Assembly: GCA_038911065.1 (NCBI GenBank)
Contig: JBCKBR010000004.1
Coordinates: 1,142-65,141, forward strand
DNA from: Gaiellales bacterium
GTDB taxonomy: Bacteria > Actinomycetota > Thermoleophilia > Gaiellales > F1-60-MAGs149
DNA length: 64,000 bases
Direction of reading: 5' to 3'
A program made the translations under genes and the position numbers. Every line of letters begins with the position of its first letter. Position 1 is the first letter of the stretch. Below the pieces are notes generated by a model. The model worked only from the letters and a program-made list of their open reading frames with translations. It had not been told where the DNA came from and made no database searches. Below are positions 8,903 to 18,595 of the stretch, one piece after another.

Positions 8903-10920
8903 TGGCGCCGGTACCGCACAGCGTGAGTCCATTCGGCGTGCCGATCGCTAGTTCCGACCACGGCTTCTGCTGCGACGGTGAGGTTACCGTGGAGTTGCGC
9001 GCGTCTGGGGAGATAGTGATGGGTGGCACGGAGATCCTCGCCATGCCACAGATCGACGGGCGCCAGCCGATGACGACAACGACATCGTTCACCATTGAGA
9101 CGCCCGTTCTAGTCAGACGTGTTGCCGACCTCACGTGGACAGACCAATTGACTGGTACGTTGACCGCCGACCTGCACAGTTCGGGGGCCGTCCATCTGTA
9201 CTTCCGGGTGACGGCCACCACAGAAACCCTTCTCTCAGAGGTCGCATTGCCGGGGATCTCCGGTCTCGCCGGGGCAGAGGTGCACGGCGTGGGTGCCAGT
9301 CGACATGCCTTCGCACCCGATGCGGGCATTGCAGTGCTGGTTCGTAAGTGGTTATGGCTAGCCTCTTGGAACGACGTCGGGGCACATTCGCACAGGATGC
9401 TCGCAGACGCGGTGCTCGTGGCCAGCACCGAAGGCGTCAAACTGGTCGGACGCGATGTCACGCTCGCCGCAGGCCAAACGCTGGATGCCGCGATCATAAT
9501 ACGCCCAGCAACCACCGATCAAGCAACGGCCGAAGCGACATATGACGACCCCGATGAGACACGCTACGTGCCCGAGGGCGAATACCGCCATCATCTCGTC
9601 TGGGAGTCGGACGACGTCTGGCTGGGACCGCCGATCATCGCTGGCTGTCCACAGCGACCGTATGATCAGTTGATCCCGCGCCCATTGGGGCTCAATGTTC
9701 TGGCACGCAAGCGCTTCACCTGGGCGAACGAGGATTTCTCGCTATGGCGGCTTACTGGCAAGAACCACTATGCAGAGTCCGGTGTGAAGAAAGCCTTCGC
9801 GCTGATGTCGACGCAGAACCAGTACGGCGGATGGTACGAGGGGGTTGAGTTCTACAACCTGCCGCCGAAGCACCACCACATGTACGACACGTACATCTCC
9901 GGGATGTTCCTCCTCGACGCCTACGATGCGACCGGGTTCGAGGGATTCCTGACCACGGCGGAACGGGCACGGGACTTTTGGTGCACATCGCCGCCGCCCG
10001 CCAACGGGCACGTCGTCGTCGCGCCCGATGCCTGGTGGTACCGGTGGGGCGGCTACATCAACGAGTTCAACTACACAGACGAGCGCTGCGTCCTCAACAC
10101 GCACAGCGGTGCCACAGCGTTCCTCGCGTCCCTCGCCGCGCGCACCGGTGATCCGGAGACCCGTGCGGCGGCCGAGCGTGGCCTCAACGCGGTTCGCTGG
10201 GGACTTGAACGCGGCATCCAACGGGGCGACGGGCAGTTCCTATACTGCCTAAGCCAAGTCGATCCTACCCTCGAGCGACCTGGAGACCCCCCGTACATCA
10301 AGCTCGACCTTGTGCCGCAGATCGAGGACGTCTACACCGTCGCCACAAGTTACCGTCTACTCCTCGCCAACCGGACCTTCCGTGACCCGGTAGTCGACGC
10401 GGCGATCTGCCGGGCCCTAAACTACTGGTGGATGGCATACCGTGCAGGCACCGTCTATACCTATCGCGCATATGCAACCTTGGCATATGCCATCGCCGCC
10501 GGGGACCTCGACATCCGTTACGCCTTGGCGCTGCCTGAGATCCTACGCGACCCACAGCACTTCACCTCGATGCAGCGCGGACTGTCCGCATTCGTCGCGC
10601 CTGCGGGACTCGATCTCGTCGAAGTCCGGGTCTCGGACCCCGCCGCAGGCGTCGAACCGGTCTTCCTACGGCGCGCACCGGGCGAAGCGCTATTCGCCCT
10701 TGTTAATGTTGAGCAGCCGCTTGGTCGAATCGCTGTCATCGTGCGACTGCCGGCCGGCGCCGTACCGCTTTCTGTCACCCTCATCGACCCCGCCGAACCG
10801 ACCCGCGAGGCCGTGGAAGTACCGTGGGTCGCTTCCGCGAGAACCCTGACGATTCAGGTCCCTGCTCTCGGCGAGTTCGAAGTGGTCGTCCTCCGCGTTG
10901 CGTTTGAGGAGCCGTCGTGA
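8899..10920 (+). CDS. Hypothetical 673-aa cytoplasmic protein of unknown function
   Basis: ATG at 8899 overlaps the SDR stop (ATGA). The long ORF has coding-like composition and no signal peptide. The C-terminal half is W/Y-rich and helical-repeat-like (YGGWYEGVEFYNLPPKHHHMYDTYISGMFLLDAYDATG, VLNTHSGATAFLASLA). I recognise no family with confidence. Confidence 0.6.
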   Translation: MMAPVPHSVSPFGVPIASSDHGFCCDGEVTVELRASGEIVMGGTEILAMPQIDGRQPMTTTTSFTIETPVLVRRVADLTWTDQLTGTLTADLHSSGAVHLYFRVTATTETLLSEVALPGISGLAGAEVHGVGASRHAFAPDAGIAVLVRKWLWLASWNDVGAHSHRMLADAVLVASTEGVKLVGRDVTLAAGQTLDAAIIIRPATTDQATAEATYDDPDETRYVPEGEYRHHLVWESDDVWLGPPIIAGCPQRPYDQLIPRPLGLNVLARKRFTWANEDFSLWRLTGKNHYAESGVKKAFALMSTQNQYGGWYEGVEFYNLPPKHHHMYDTYISGMFLLDAYDATGFEGFLTTAERARDFWCTSPPPANGHVVVAPDAWWYRWGGYINEFNYTDERCVLNTHSGATAFLASLAARTGDPETRAAAERGLNAVRWGLERGIQRGDGQFLYCLSQVDPTLERPGDPPYIKLDLVPQIEDVYTVATSYRLLLANRTFRDPVVDAAICRALNYWWMAYRAGTVYTYRAYATLAYAIAAGDLDIRYALALPEILRDPQHFTSMQRGLSAFVAPAGLDLVEVRVSDPAAGVEPVFLRRAPGEALFALVNVEQPLGRIAVIVRLPAGAVPLSVTLIDPAEPTREAVEVPWVASARTLTIQVPALGEFEVVVLRVAFEEPS

Positions 10921-11909
10921 GCGGCGATGAGACAATGCTTGCCGTGGTTGCCGGTGCTTCATTCCCGAATCTTGATACAGAGAGTGCGATCCTCGGCGAG
11001 ATCGGTGTTGTCGTCGCCGACATGCGTGCGCTCGCGCGCGAGCATGTTATCGAGACAGCAGCCCACGCCGACGCCCTACTCGTTGACTACTTCCCGTGCG
11101 ATGCAGATTTGATCGCCACCCTGCAACGCTGCCAAGTGATCTGCCAATATGGGGTGGGCCTCGATGGTATCGACATCGAAGCCGCCAGCAGCGCTGGGAT
11201 CTTCGTCACCCACACACCGCTGTACTGTTGCGACGAGTTGGCCGAGCACAGCGTCGCCCTGATGCTTTGTGCGGTCCGCGGGTTATCCGTCTACGACCGG
11301 AGCGTACGCAGTGGCACGTGGGATTACAATCTCGCAATGCCACTTAGACGCCTTCGTGGGTCGACGGTGGGACTGATCGGCTACGGTCGGGTAGGTCGCG
11401 GCGTCGCCGAGCGCTTGGCTGGCTTTGGCGTCGACCTGATTGCCGTCGACCCCTTGGTACCACAGGCGGAGTTCGAGCGACTGGGGGTAAGGCGCGTCGA
11501 ATTGGATGAACTTCTGGAGACGAGCGACATCGTCTCGATCCACGCGCCGCTCGATGAGTCCACGCGCGGGATGGTCGACGGTGAACTGCTCGCACGCATG
11601 CGGCCGACGGCAATTCTCGTTAATACGGCACGCGGGGCAATCGTCGACTCGACAGCTCTCGCCAGCGCCCTTGAGCAGGGCACGCTCGCTGGTGCAGCGC
11701 TCGACGTGCTCGATGTCGAGCCGCCACCGGCCGACCACTGCCTGATTGGCCGGGACGACTGCGTCGTGACCCCGCACGCCGGTTTTTTATCAACGCACGC
11801 CCTCGCGGACCTGCAGCGCGACGCCGCTCATGAGGTGCGCGATGCGCTATGCGGGCGCGTCCCGCGGTTCGCCGTCAATACCGCTGAGGTTCTGAAAGTG
11901 CGCACATGA
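10917..11909 (+). CDS. D-isomer-specific 2-hydroxyacid dehydrogenase family protein
   Basis: GTGA overlap upstream. NAD motif GLIGYGRVGRGVA and the catalytic region NTARGAIVD...PHAGF are present. Confidence 0.85.
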   Translation: MSGDETMLAVVAGASFPNLDTESAILGEIGVVVADMRALAREHVIETAAHADALLVDYFPCDADLIATLQRCQVICQYGVGLDGIDIEAASSAGIFVTHTPLYCCDELAEHSVALMLCAVRGLSVYDRSVRSGTWDYNLAMPLRRLRGSTVGLIGYGRVGRGVAERLAGFGVDLIAVDPLVPQAEFERLGVRRVELDELLETSDIVSIHAPLDESTRGMVDGELLARMRPTAILVNTARGAIVDSTALASALEQGTLAGAALDVLDVEPPPADHCLIGRDDCVVTPHAGFLSTHALADLQRDAAHEVRDALCGRVPRFAVNTAEVLKVRT

Positions 11910-12868
11910 AAGCTCTCATCTGGCACGGAGACCGCGACCTGCGGATCGAGCATGTCCATGAACCTGAGCTTGAAGCGGGACAGACGCTTCTCCGCGTCGT
12001 GATGGCCGGCATCTGCGGCTCCGACCTGCACGGCTACCGCGGCCATCCCGGACCACGCGTCCCGCCGCTGATCCTCGGGCACGAGGCCGTCGGGCGCGCT
12101 GACGGCCACCCCGGACTCGTCATTCCGTTCCCGCTCTGGTCCTGCGGCGCGTGCCCGACCTGCCAGCGCGGTGACGTACAGCTGTGCGCGGAGCGGGGCC
12201 TGTTGGGCCTTGATAGGCCGGGCGTCTTCGCGGAGGCCGTGGCCGTCCCATCCGATGCCCTGATCGACGTCCCCGCCAGCATGACTGCAGTAGTCGCGAC
12301 ACTAACCGAGCCACTCGCGGTCGCAGTATCAGCTCTCCGCCTTGACAGCGTGACTGGCGGAGAGCGCGTGCTCGTGCTCGGTGCCGGCCCGATCGGCCTA
12401 TTGACGGCGTACGCCGCGACCGCTGCCGGTGCGGAGGTCGACGTTCTCGAGCCGTTGGAGCGCCGACGCAACATCGCGGCAGCGCTCGGTGCTCAAACCG
12501 TGTATGCAGAACCCACCGCTGTACCCATCGGCCACTACGACATTGCCTACGACACGGTGGGGATCGAACCCGTGTGGACAGTGGCAATCTCGGCGGTGCG
12601 CCGAGGCGGCATCGTCACGGTTATCGGGCTCGGGCAGGACGTTGGAGCCGTGGCGATTGGCGGGCTTGTGCGCAACGCTATCACGATCCGTGGTCACTAT
12701 GCGTACACGCGCGACGATTTCGACGCTGCACTGGATCTCCACCTTCGACATCCGCTGGACCACTCGTGGGTCGACTCAGGCAGCCTCGACGATGGGGGCC
12801 GGGCCTTCCACGAACTAGTCGAGACGCCCGATGTGCGAATCAAGTTCGTGCTGGAAATCGATTACTGA
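11906..12868 (+). CDS. Zn-dependent medium-chain alcohol/polyol dehydrogenase
   Basis: ATGA overlap upstream. GICGSDLH zinc motif, structural-Zn CGACPTCQRGDVQLC, and GAGPIGLL NAD motif. Confidence 0.85.
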   Translation: MKALIWHGDRDLRIEHVHEPELEAGQTLLRVVMAGICGSDLHGYRGHPGPRVPPLILGHEAVGRADGHPGLVIPFPLWSCGACPTCQRGDVQLCAERGLLGLDRPGVFAEAVAVPSDALIDVPASMTAVVATLTEPLAVAVSALRLDSVTGGERVLVLGAGPIGLLTAYAATAAGAEVDVLEPLERRRNIAAALGAQTVYAEPTAVPIGHYDIAYDTVGIEPVWTVAISAVRRGGIVTVIGLGQDVGAVAIGGLVRNAITIRGHYAYTRDDFDAALDLHLRHPLDHSWVDSGSLDDGGRAFHELVETPDVRIKFVLEIDY

Positions 12869-12887
12869 GGAGTGGAATGGGAATTCA

Positions 12888-14033
12888 ATGAGTGGAATTC
12901 GGATTAATTCGGTCAGCAAGGTGTTCGGCGGTGGCGTGCGCGCAGTCGACGACGTATCGCTGGAGATCGCCGATGGCGAGTTCGTGGTGCTCGTCGGACC
13001 CTCTGGAAGTGGCAAGTCGACGCTCCTGCGCATGATCGCGGGGCTCGAGGAAGTTTCGACGGGCACCATCTTCATCGGCGACCGTGATGTCACCTTCGAG
13101 GAGCCACGCGCCAGGGACATCGCAATGGTGTTCCAGAACTACGCGCTCTACCCGAACATGAACGTGCGCGACAACCTGCGGTTCCCTCTCAAGATGGCCA
13201 AGGTAAGGCGAGCCGAGCAGGACTCCCGCGTTGCCAAAGTGGCAAAGACACTCGGGCTTGAAGATCTACTAGATCGCAAGCCTCGGCAGTTGTCGGGCGG
13301 GCAACAACAGCGAGTCGCGATGGGGCGCGCGATGGTCCGTGAGCCGCAGGCGTACCTAATGGACGAGCCGCTTTCCAACCTCGATGCCAAGTTGCGTGTG
13401 ACGATGCGGTCTGAACTCGCCCGACTCCATCAGGATCTTCTGGTCACGACCGTCTTCGTCACCCACGATCAGATCGAGGCGATGACGCTCGGACAACGCG
13501 TCGCGGTGCTCCGCGACGGCCGGCTGCAGCAGTTTGACACGCCGGGAGCCCTGTACCGCCGCCCGTGCAATCTCTTCGTCGCGGCCTTCCTGGGCTCCCC
13601 GAGCATGAATCTCGTGGAGGCACAGGTCACGGACGGGGTCGTGCGGTTCGGCAAACACGCCATCGACGCGCCTCAGGTGACACGTGGGATCGCCGGACCG
13701 GTCGTGCTGGGAATCCGCCCGACCGACCTCGAGCCCGTGGCGACCGCCGACCCGGCGTTTCCCCGCCTCACGGTGACCCCTGACCTAGTCGAGAACCTCG
13801 GGTCGCAGATCAACGCCGTGTTCCCGATTGGCGCTCGCCGTGTGACGGCCGACCAGCAACTCGGCGGTGACTCCAACGAGGGGCAGCTGCTCGCGAGCGA
13901 CGAGGCGCGCTTTCTCGTAGAGGTTTCCAGCCGTGTCCCGATCGAACCCAACCGGGAGATCACCTTCGCCATCGATCCAGAGCACCTCTACCTGTTCTCA
14001 ATCCAAACGGGAGCGAATCTGAGACTGACCTAA
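12888..14033 (+). CDS. ABC transporter ATP-binding protein (MalK/UgpC/MsiK-like)
   Basis: Walker [10 protein letters not shown], signature LSGGQQQRV, Walker [12 protein letters not shown], and a C-terminal MalK-type regulatory domain. I take the start at ATG 12888 ([15 protein letters not shown]). Confidence 0.9.
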   Translation: MSGIRINSVSKVFGGGVRAVDDVSLEIADGEFVVLVGPSGSGKSTLLRMIAGLEEVSTGTIFIGDRDVTFEEPRARDIAMVFQNYALYPNMNVRDNLRFPLKMAKVRRAEQDSRVAKVAKTLGLEDLLDRKPRQLSGGQQQRVAMGRAMVREPQAYLMDEPLSNLDAKLRVTMRSELARLHQDLLVTTVFVTHDQIEAMTLGQRVAVLRDGRLQQFDTPGALYRRPCNLFVAAFLGSPSMNLVEAQVTDGVVRFGKHAIDAPQVTRGIAGPVVLGIRPTDLEPVATADPAFPRLTVTPDLVENLGSQINAVFPIGARRVTADQQLGGDSNEGQLLASDEARFLVEVSSRVPIEPNREITFAIDPEHLYLFSIQTGANLRLT

Positions 14034-14035
14034 GC

Positions 14036-14190
14036 AGCGCTTCGCAGTGCGGATCGCGTGCATGTCCACCCGCATTGGTTCGTGCCTCGCCCTCGAGCTG
14101 GATCACCAGTTGCTCGAAGCAACGCCCCCTCCCCGCTGACCTCCCCGTCGCCTTCTCCGCGCTGATAAACATGAAGTAATCGTTCATCGT
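14036..14190 (-). pseudogene. Truncated 5' stub of IS3-family transposase orfB
   Basis: Just downstream of orfA, the minus strand reads ..DYFMFISAEKATGRS.., resembling the usual orfB start (..RYxFIxAEKA..). It then degenerates and ends at the ABC ATPase stop, and no DDE domain follows. Confidence 0.45.
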
Positions 14191-14474
14191 TGCTTCGCGG
14201 CGAAGAAGGCATCGACTTTTCCCAAGAACTCGATTTCCCGTTTCAACTCGCCATTCTCGGCCTGCAACTCCTTGTACTTGGCCCACTCGACCGGGCCGGG
14301 GTCCTTCGCGCCAGAATCGGGATGCTCCTCCTTCCAAACCCGGACCCAGTTCCCCAGCGTCTCCTTGACAACCCCAATCTCGGGTGCCACATGCGCGATC
14401 GGCCGACCCGATGAAACCACCAGCTCCACAGCCTCGTCCCGGAACTCAGCACTGAACTTACGACGATTCGACAT
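14184..14474 (-). CDS. IS3-family transposase OrfA (HTH), part of a truncated IS
   Basis: MSNRRKFSAEFRDEAVELV...ETLGNWVRVWKEE...ELQAENGELKREIEFLGK is a typical IS3/IS911 orfA with HTH plus leucine zipper. Confidence 0.8.
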   Translation of the reverse strand: MSNRRKFSAEFRDEAVELVVSSGRPIAHVAPEIGVVKETLGNWVRVWKEEHPDSGAKDPGPVEWAKYKELQAENGELKREIEFLGKVDAFFAAKQR

Positions 14475-14504
14475 GAAGCATATTCTCCTAACCTCTGTCT
14501 CACA

Positions 14505-14627
14505 TCACTGTACGGACGCCCACTGCCATACTGGATCCGCTACTACAACGAGCAGCGTCCACACAGCACGCTCGGCGGCTTCCTCGTCGAGATCGACGCC
14601 ATCGCCGTGATCGGGTCGGGCAACTAG
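14505..14627 (+). pseudogene. C-terminal fragment of a DDE (rve-type) transposase
   Basis: The plus-strand frame reads ..LYGRPLPYWIRYYNEQRPHSTLGGFLVEIDAIAVIGSGN*. YYNxxRPHSxLGG is the conserved C-terminal tail of IS3/retroviral-integrase-type transposases, and no upstream catalytic domain is present. Confidence 0.6.
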
Positions 14628-14655
14628 CCGCAATCGGCGGAGGTCGGAGCGCCTG

Positions 14656-15675
14656 TTAGCGCGTCAACGGGATGTCGAGCCGTACGAGCCCATGTTCGAG
14701 GGCGCGTCCGACCACTGCGGTGCGTGTACTGGCAGCGAACTTTTCGAGCAGGTGCTCAAGATGCGTCGCGACGGTCCTTGGCGCGATATGCAGCACCTCA
14801 GCAATCTCGCGATTGCTACCACCGTCAACCAGATAGCGCAAGACCTCTGTCTCACGAAGCGTCAGACCAAAGCTGATGTCGCCGTAGCGCAGACTCGTCA
14901 ACACGACAGGCTCTCCCGACAGTCGCGTGGACTGCACCCGAATCATGTGTAGATGAACAAGCCGCCCATCGTGGTCAGCGATCAACCCGCACCGAACGGG
15001 CTGCCCCTCTGCGAGCATCTGTTGCGCAACCGTAGAAATCGAGGCGGACAACGTCTTCGATGCCGGCGAGCTTTGCTCACATCCGCCACCACACTCGAGA
15101 ATGCTGCCGTCACTGGCAACGAGGATCCTGTGAGCGTCGACCTCTTGGCAGAGCCAACTCGCAAGATCGCCGAGTGGATCAAAAGCTGCTGCGAGCACCG
15201 GAGCGAGTAGCCCAACAAAGTCGCGCACGCCCTCCGTCATAGTGCGCTCGTCCTCAACGCTGATCGCGACCATACCGAGATAGCGATCGTCGGCGGAGAA
15301 CAGCGCCGACGTTAATCCCTCGTGATATCCCGCCTGACCCCAGTAATTGATGTACGAATGCGTCTGCTTATAGTCGTACGCCGTATCCTGCATGCGCAGC
15401 GGAGCGCGAGCAGCACAGATCTGACCGAAGCCGGCGTCGCGCTTCGTATACTCGCCGTCGAGGTAGTCGAGAATGCGATCGTCGTATCCGCGCTGCACAA
15501 GACGGCAGTGCGAATCGCTGAACGGGTCGAGCAACGAGATGTTGATCGCGTCGTACCGGATCACGCCGTGCAGATTGTCGATCAGTTCTGCAGCCACCTC
15601 ACTGCGAGGAACGGTGCTCCCGACCGCGCAGCCGACCGCAGCCAGCGTGCGCTCCTGTGCTGTCACCGTTGGCAT
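14656..15675 (-). CDS. LuxR-family transcriptional regulator with N-terminal GAF-like sensor domain
   Basis: C-terminal LTLRETEVLRYLVDGGSNREIAEVLHIAPRTVATHLEHLLEKF is a LuxR/FixJ HTH. I take the start at MPTVTAQ (15675) to avoid overlap with the amidase. Confidence 0.8.
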   Translation of the reverse strand: MPTVTAQERTLAAVGCAVGSTVPRSEVAAELIDNLHGVIRYDAINISLLDPFSDSHCRLVQRGYDDRILDYLDGEYTKRDAGFGQICAARAPLRMQDTAYDYKQTHSYINYWGQAGYHEGLTSALFSADDRYLGMVAISVEDERTMTEGVRDFVGLLAPVLAAAFDPLGDLASWLCQEVDAHRILVASDGSILECGGGCEQSSPASKTLSASISTVAQQMLAEGQPVRCGLIADHDGRLVHLHMIRVQSTRLSGEPVVLTSLRYGDISFGLTLRETEVLRYLVDGGSNREIAEVLHIAPRTVATHLEHLLEKFAASTRTAVVGRALEHGLVRLDIPLTR

Positions 15676-15737
15676 CGCCACACTGTACCGTCGAGCGAAA
15701 GTGATGGCAAACGCGCCAAGTGGACGTCGGTCCGACC

Positions 15738-17210
15738 TCAGAGTGGCCGAGCGCGACAGTGGTCGTACGTGTCGGACCATGGGCGAACGCGCTCATACGC
15801 CGCACTCGCTGCGAAGACGGCCTCATCGCAGCCCGATGGTCCGATCAATTGCATCCCGACAGGCAGGCCTTCTGCGAGTCCCGCGGGAATCGAGGCGGAT
15901 GGGTGGTGGCTGAAGTTCGTCACGTACGTCAAACAGAAGCCAATGCTCGGGTCGATCTCGACACCGTTCACAACGCTGGGTCCCATCGTGTCCCCATTCG
16001 TCTCGTTGAGTGGCGGCATCGTCGACAAGGTTGGTGTGATCAGCATGTCGTAGTTGGCAAAGACTCCCTGGATGGCATCAAATACCTGAGTGCGCATCAC
16101 GTTGTCTCGATCAATATCGGCGAAGCCCATATCGCGGCAGGCCTCCACCCACTCTCGATAGACCGGCGGGAGGTCATCCCCTGCCATCAGGTCGAGACCA
16201 TTTGCCTTGAAACCGTTCAGACCCACGATATTAAGTGGCATGATCATGCGGCACCAGAGGTGCGCGAGTTCGAGCTGGTCAATCGTCAATCCAAGCTTGA
16301 CCTCCTCGACAATCGCACCGCACTCCTCGTAGGCCTTGACGGCTTCTAAAACGGTGCTGGCGACCCGAGGGTCGATCGGAAAGACGTCGAGGTCGGGACT
16401 GTAGGCAATCCGCATTCCCTCGATTGAGCGGTCGAGCGCACCAACGTAGTCAACGGAGTCTCGGAGGCTGTATGGATCGCGCGGATCATACCCCGTCAAC
16501 ACGGTCATCACGCGTGCGGCGTCCGCGACGTTACGTGTGATTGGACCCTCCGCGATTGTCGGCTGGGTAGCTGCCCAGGCGTTCGGGCGCATGACCTGTG
16601 GAACCCGACCAAACGAGGCCTTGTACCCATACGTTCCACACCACGCGGATGGGATGCGGGTCGACCCGCCACCATCGGTGCCCTCGGCAAAGGGGACGAG
16701 CCCATCGGCGACGGCAGCAGCACTTCCGCCAGACGATCCACCCGGATTACGCGTGGCATCAAACGGGTTACCCGTCGCGCCGAAGAGCGGGTTATCGGTA
16801 ACTCCGCGAAAGCCCATCACCGGACTGTTGGTCTTGCCGACGATGATTCCGCCCGCTGCCTCCACCCGCTCAGCCCATACGCAGTACGCGTCGATCACAA
16901 GATCTTTGAGGGCGGGAATGCCACCAAACGTCGACGGCCACCCTGGTTTGAAGTCGAACAGGTCCTTCATCAGCGTCGGAACACCATGGAGGACGCCGAG
17001 ATCATCACCGCGCCCGACGGCTGCCTCCGCCTTGCTAGCCGCACCCCGAGCATCGTCGTACCCCTTGAAGATCACGGCATTGATGGACGGGTTGCGCTCT
17101 TCAATGCGCTCGATGGCGCACTCCACTGCCTCGACGGGAGACACAGCACCCGACCGGATCAGATCTGCAAGCTCGTTGGTGCTCGTGTACGAATACTCCT
17201 GCGCGTTCAT
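15738..17210 (-). CDS. Amidase (amidase-signature family)
   Basis: GGSSGGSAAAVA signature, a Ser-cisSer-Lys family layout, and 490 aa length. Confidence 0.9.
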   Translation of the reverse strand: MNAQEYSYTSTNELADLIRSGAVSPVEAVECAIERIEERNPSINAVIFKGYDDARGAASKAEAAVGRGDDLGVLHGVPTLMKDLFDFKPGWPSTFGGIPALKDLVIDAYCVWAERVEAAGGIIVGKTNSPVMGFRGVTDNPLFGATGNPFDATRNPGGSSGGSAAAVADGLVPFAEGTDGGGSTRIPSAWCGTYGYKASFGRVPQVMRPNAWAATQPTIAEGPITRNVADAARVMTVLTGYDPRDPYSLRDSVDYVGALDRSIEGMRIAYSPDLDVFPIDPRVASTVLEAVKAYEECGAIVEEVKLGLTIDQLELAHLWCRMIMPLNIVGLNGFKANGLDLMAGDDLPPVYREWVEACRDMGFADIDRDNVMRTQVFDAIQGVFANYDMLITPTLSTMPPLNETNGDTMGPSVVNGVEIDPSIGFCLTYVTNFSHHPSASIPAGLAEGLPVGMQLIGPSGCDEAVFAASAAYERVRPWSDTYDHCRARPL

Positions 17211-17238
17211 GTGCCGCTCCTTTAGAAACTTTGGGTGT

Positions 17239-18561
17239 TCATGCCACTCCGCACCAATCCATCGCGACCACTGCGAATGTCTTGCAAGAAGTAATCACTT
17301 CGTCGATTAGAACGTACTCATCGTCCGCATGGGCGACACGAAGATCGCCCGGACCGTACGAGATCGCAGGCACACCACCCTTGGTCAGCCAGGTCGCGTC
17401 CTCAACCGCCGCGAAGCCAACCACGTCGGGCCGCCCCGCGAAACGAGTCCCCACTGCTGCCTGCTGATGAGCGGCACAGGTGACCTCGGTAATCTCGACA
17501 GCATCCGGTGTGTTCGCAGGCCAGTTCATCTTCCAGTCGACGACCGGCGGGTGCTCGCGCAACCAAGCATCGAGTTGCGCCGCTCGCGCGATCTGCGTAC
17601 TGATCTCACGCTTGACATCCTCCGGATCATCGTCCGGCGAGTACCACACGCAGTAGTCGAGCGTCATGTACTCACTCAAGAAGAATGGGACCATCACGCC
17701 GTGTGGCCCACCCTGCACGACCCCCGGGTGGATCGTAAAATGGCCGGGAGCGAACAATGGATGCTGTTTCGTGAGCCCCCATTCGTCCTCCAGCTGTCGT
17801 AGAGCATTGAAGATCAGCACGCCCTTATCAATCGCGTTGACACCGACGCTCGCACCGTCGCCCCCCGCACGAAACGACGTGCCCCGCATCGATGAGTGCG
17901 CAGACTTTCCGGCGACGGTCACCGAAAACCACAGCAGGCCGGGCGAGATCGGCACAACAGCCAGCGGGGATGGTGGCGAACTGGGCTCCGAGACAATCGC
18001 AGCGTCAGCGGTGTAGCCACGTTTGATCGTCGCAGTCACGCCACACTCATGATCCATTACTTCCTCGCCCACAACGGCCTCAAGGATCAGATCGCCCTGG
18101 AGTGTGATCCCACACTCCTTGAGTGCGCGCGCTGCGAATGTCTGCGCCATGATCCCGGACTTCATGTCGGTCGCGCCACGACCCCAGACCCGATCGGCAT
18201 CGATCTTGCCACTGAACGGATCTCCACTATGCCAATTGTTGGGATCGCCAACCGGTACGACATCCACATGGCCGTTGTAGATCAGCGAGCGCCCACCACC
18301 CGCGCCCTTGACCCTGCCGACCGCGTTCTCACGACCGGGCTCAATCGCAAAAAGATCAACCTCCGCACCCAAGTCCGCGTAGTGCCGCCCGAAGACCTTG
18401 CTGACCGCTCCCTCGTGTCCGACAACATCGTCGTAGACCTGCCCGGGATAGCGGGGATTGACACTGGGAATCCGCACGACCTCCGAGAGGGCGTCGATCA
18501 TCTCGCCAGCGAGTGCATCGATCTTTGTTGTAACGCTGTCGACGAGTCGCTGATCGGCCAT
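17239..18561 (-). CDS. M20-family metallopeptidase/deacylase (ArgE/DapE/ACY1/CPG2 type)
   Basis: Motifs NGHVDVVP, GRGATDMKSG and VGEEV are typical of M20 dinuclear-zinc hydrolases. Confidence 0.85.
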   Translation of the reverse strand: MADQRLVDSVTTKIDALAGEMIDALSEVVRIPSVNPRYPGQVYDDVVGHEGAVSKVFGRHYADLGAEVDLFAIEPGRENAVGRVKGAGGGRSLIYNGHVDVVPVGDPNNWHSGDPFSGKIDADRVWGRGATDMKSGIMAQTFAARALKECGITLQGDLILEAVVGEEVMDHECGVTATIKRGYTADAAIVSEPSSPPSPLAVVPISPGLLWFSVTVAGKSAHSSMRGTSFRAGGDGASVGVNAIDKGVLIFNALRQLEDEWGLTKQHPLFAPGHFTIHPGVVQGGPHGVMVPFFLSEYMTLDYCVWYSPDDDPEDVKREISTQIARAAQLDAWLREHPPVVDWKMNWPANTPDAVEITEVTCAAHQQAAVGTRFAGRPDVVGFAAVEDATWLTKGGVPAISYGPGDLRVAHADDEYVLIDEVITSCKTFAVVAMDWCGVA

Positions 18562-18595
18562 TGCGAGTCCTTCTCATCTGTCCATTGAACGGAAG

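Noticed and set aside
15322-17310. Plus-strand ORFs 15322..16053, 15720..16349 and 16537..17310.
   Set aside because: They are antisense to the LuxR regulator and the amidase, and the minus-strand products have clear family signatures.
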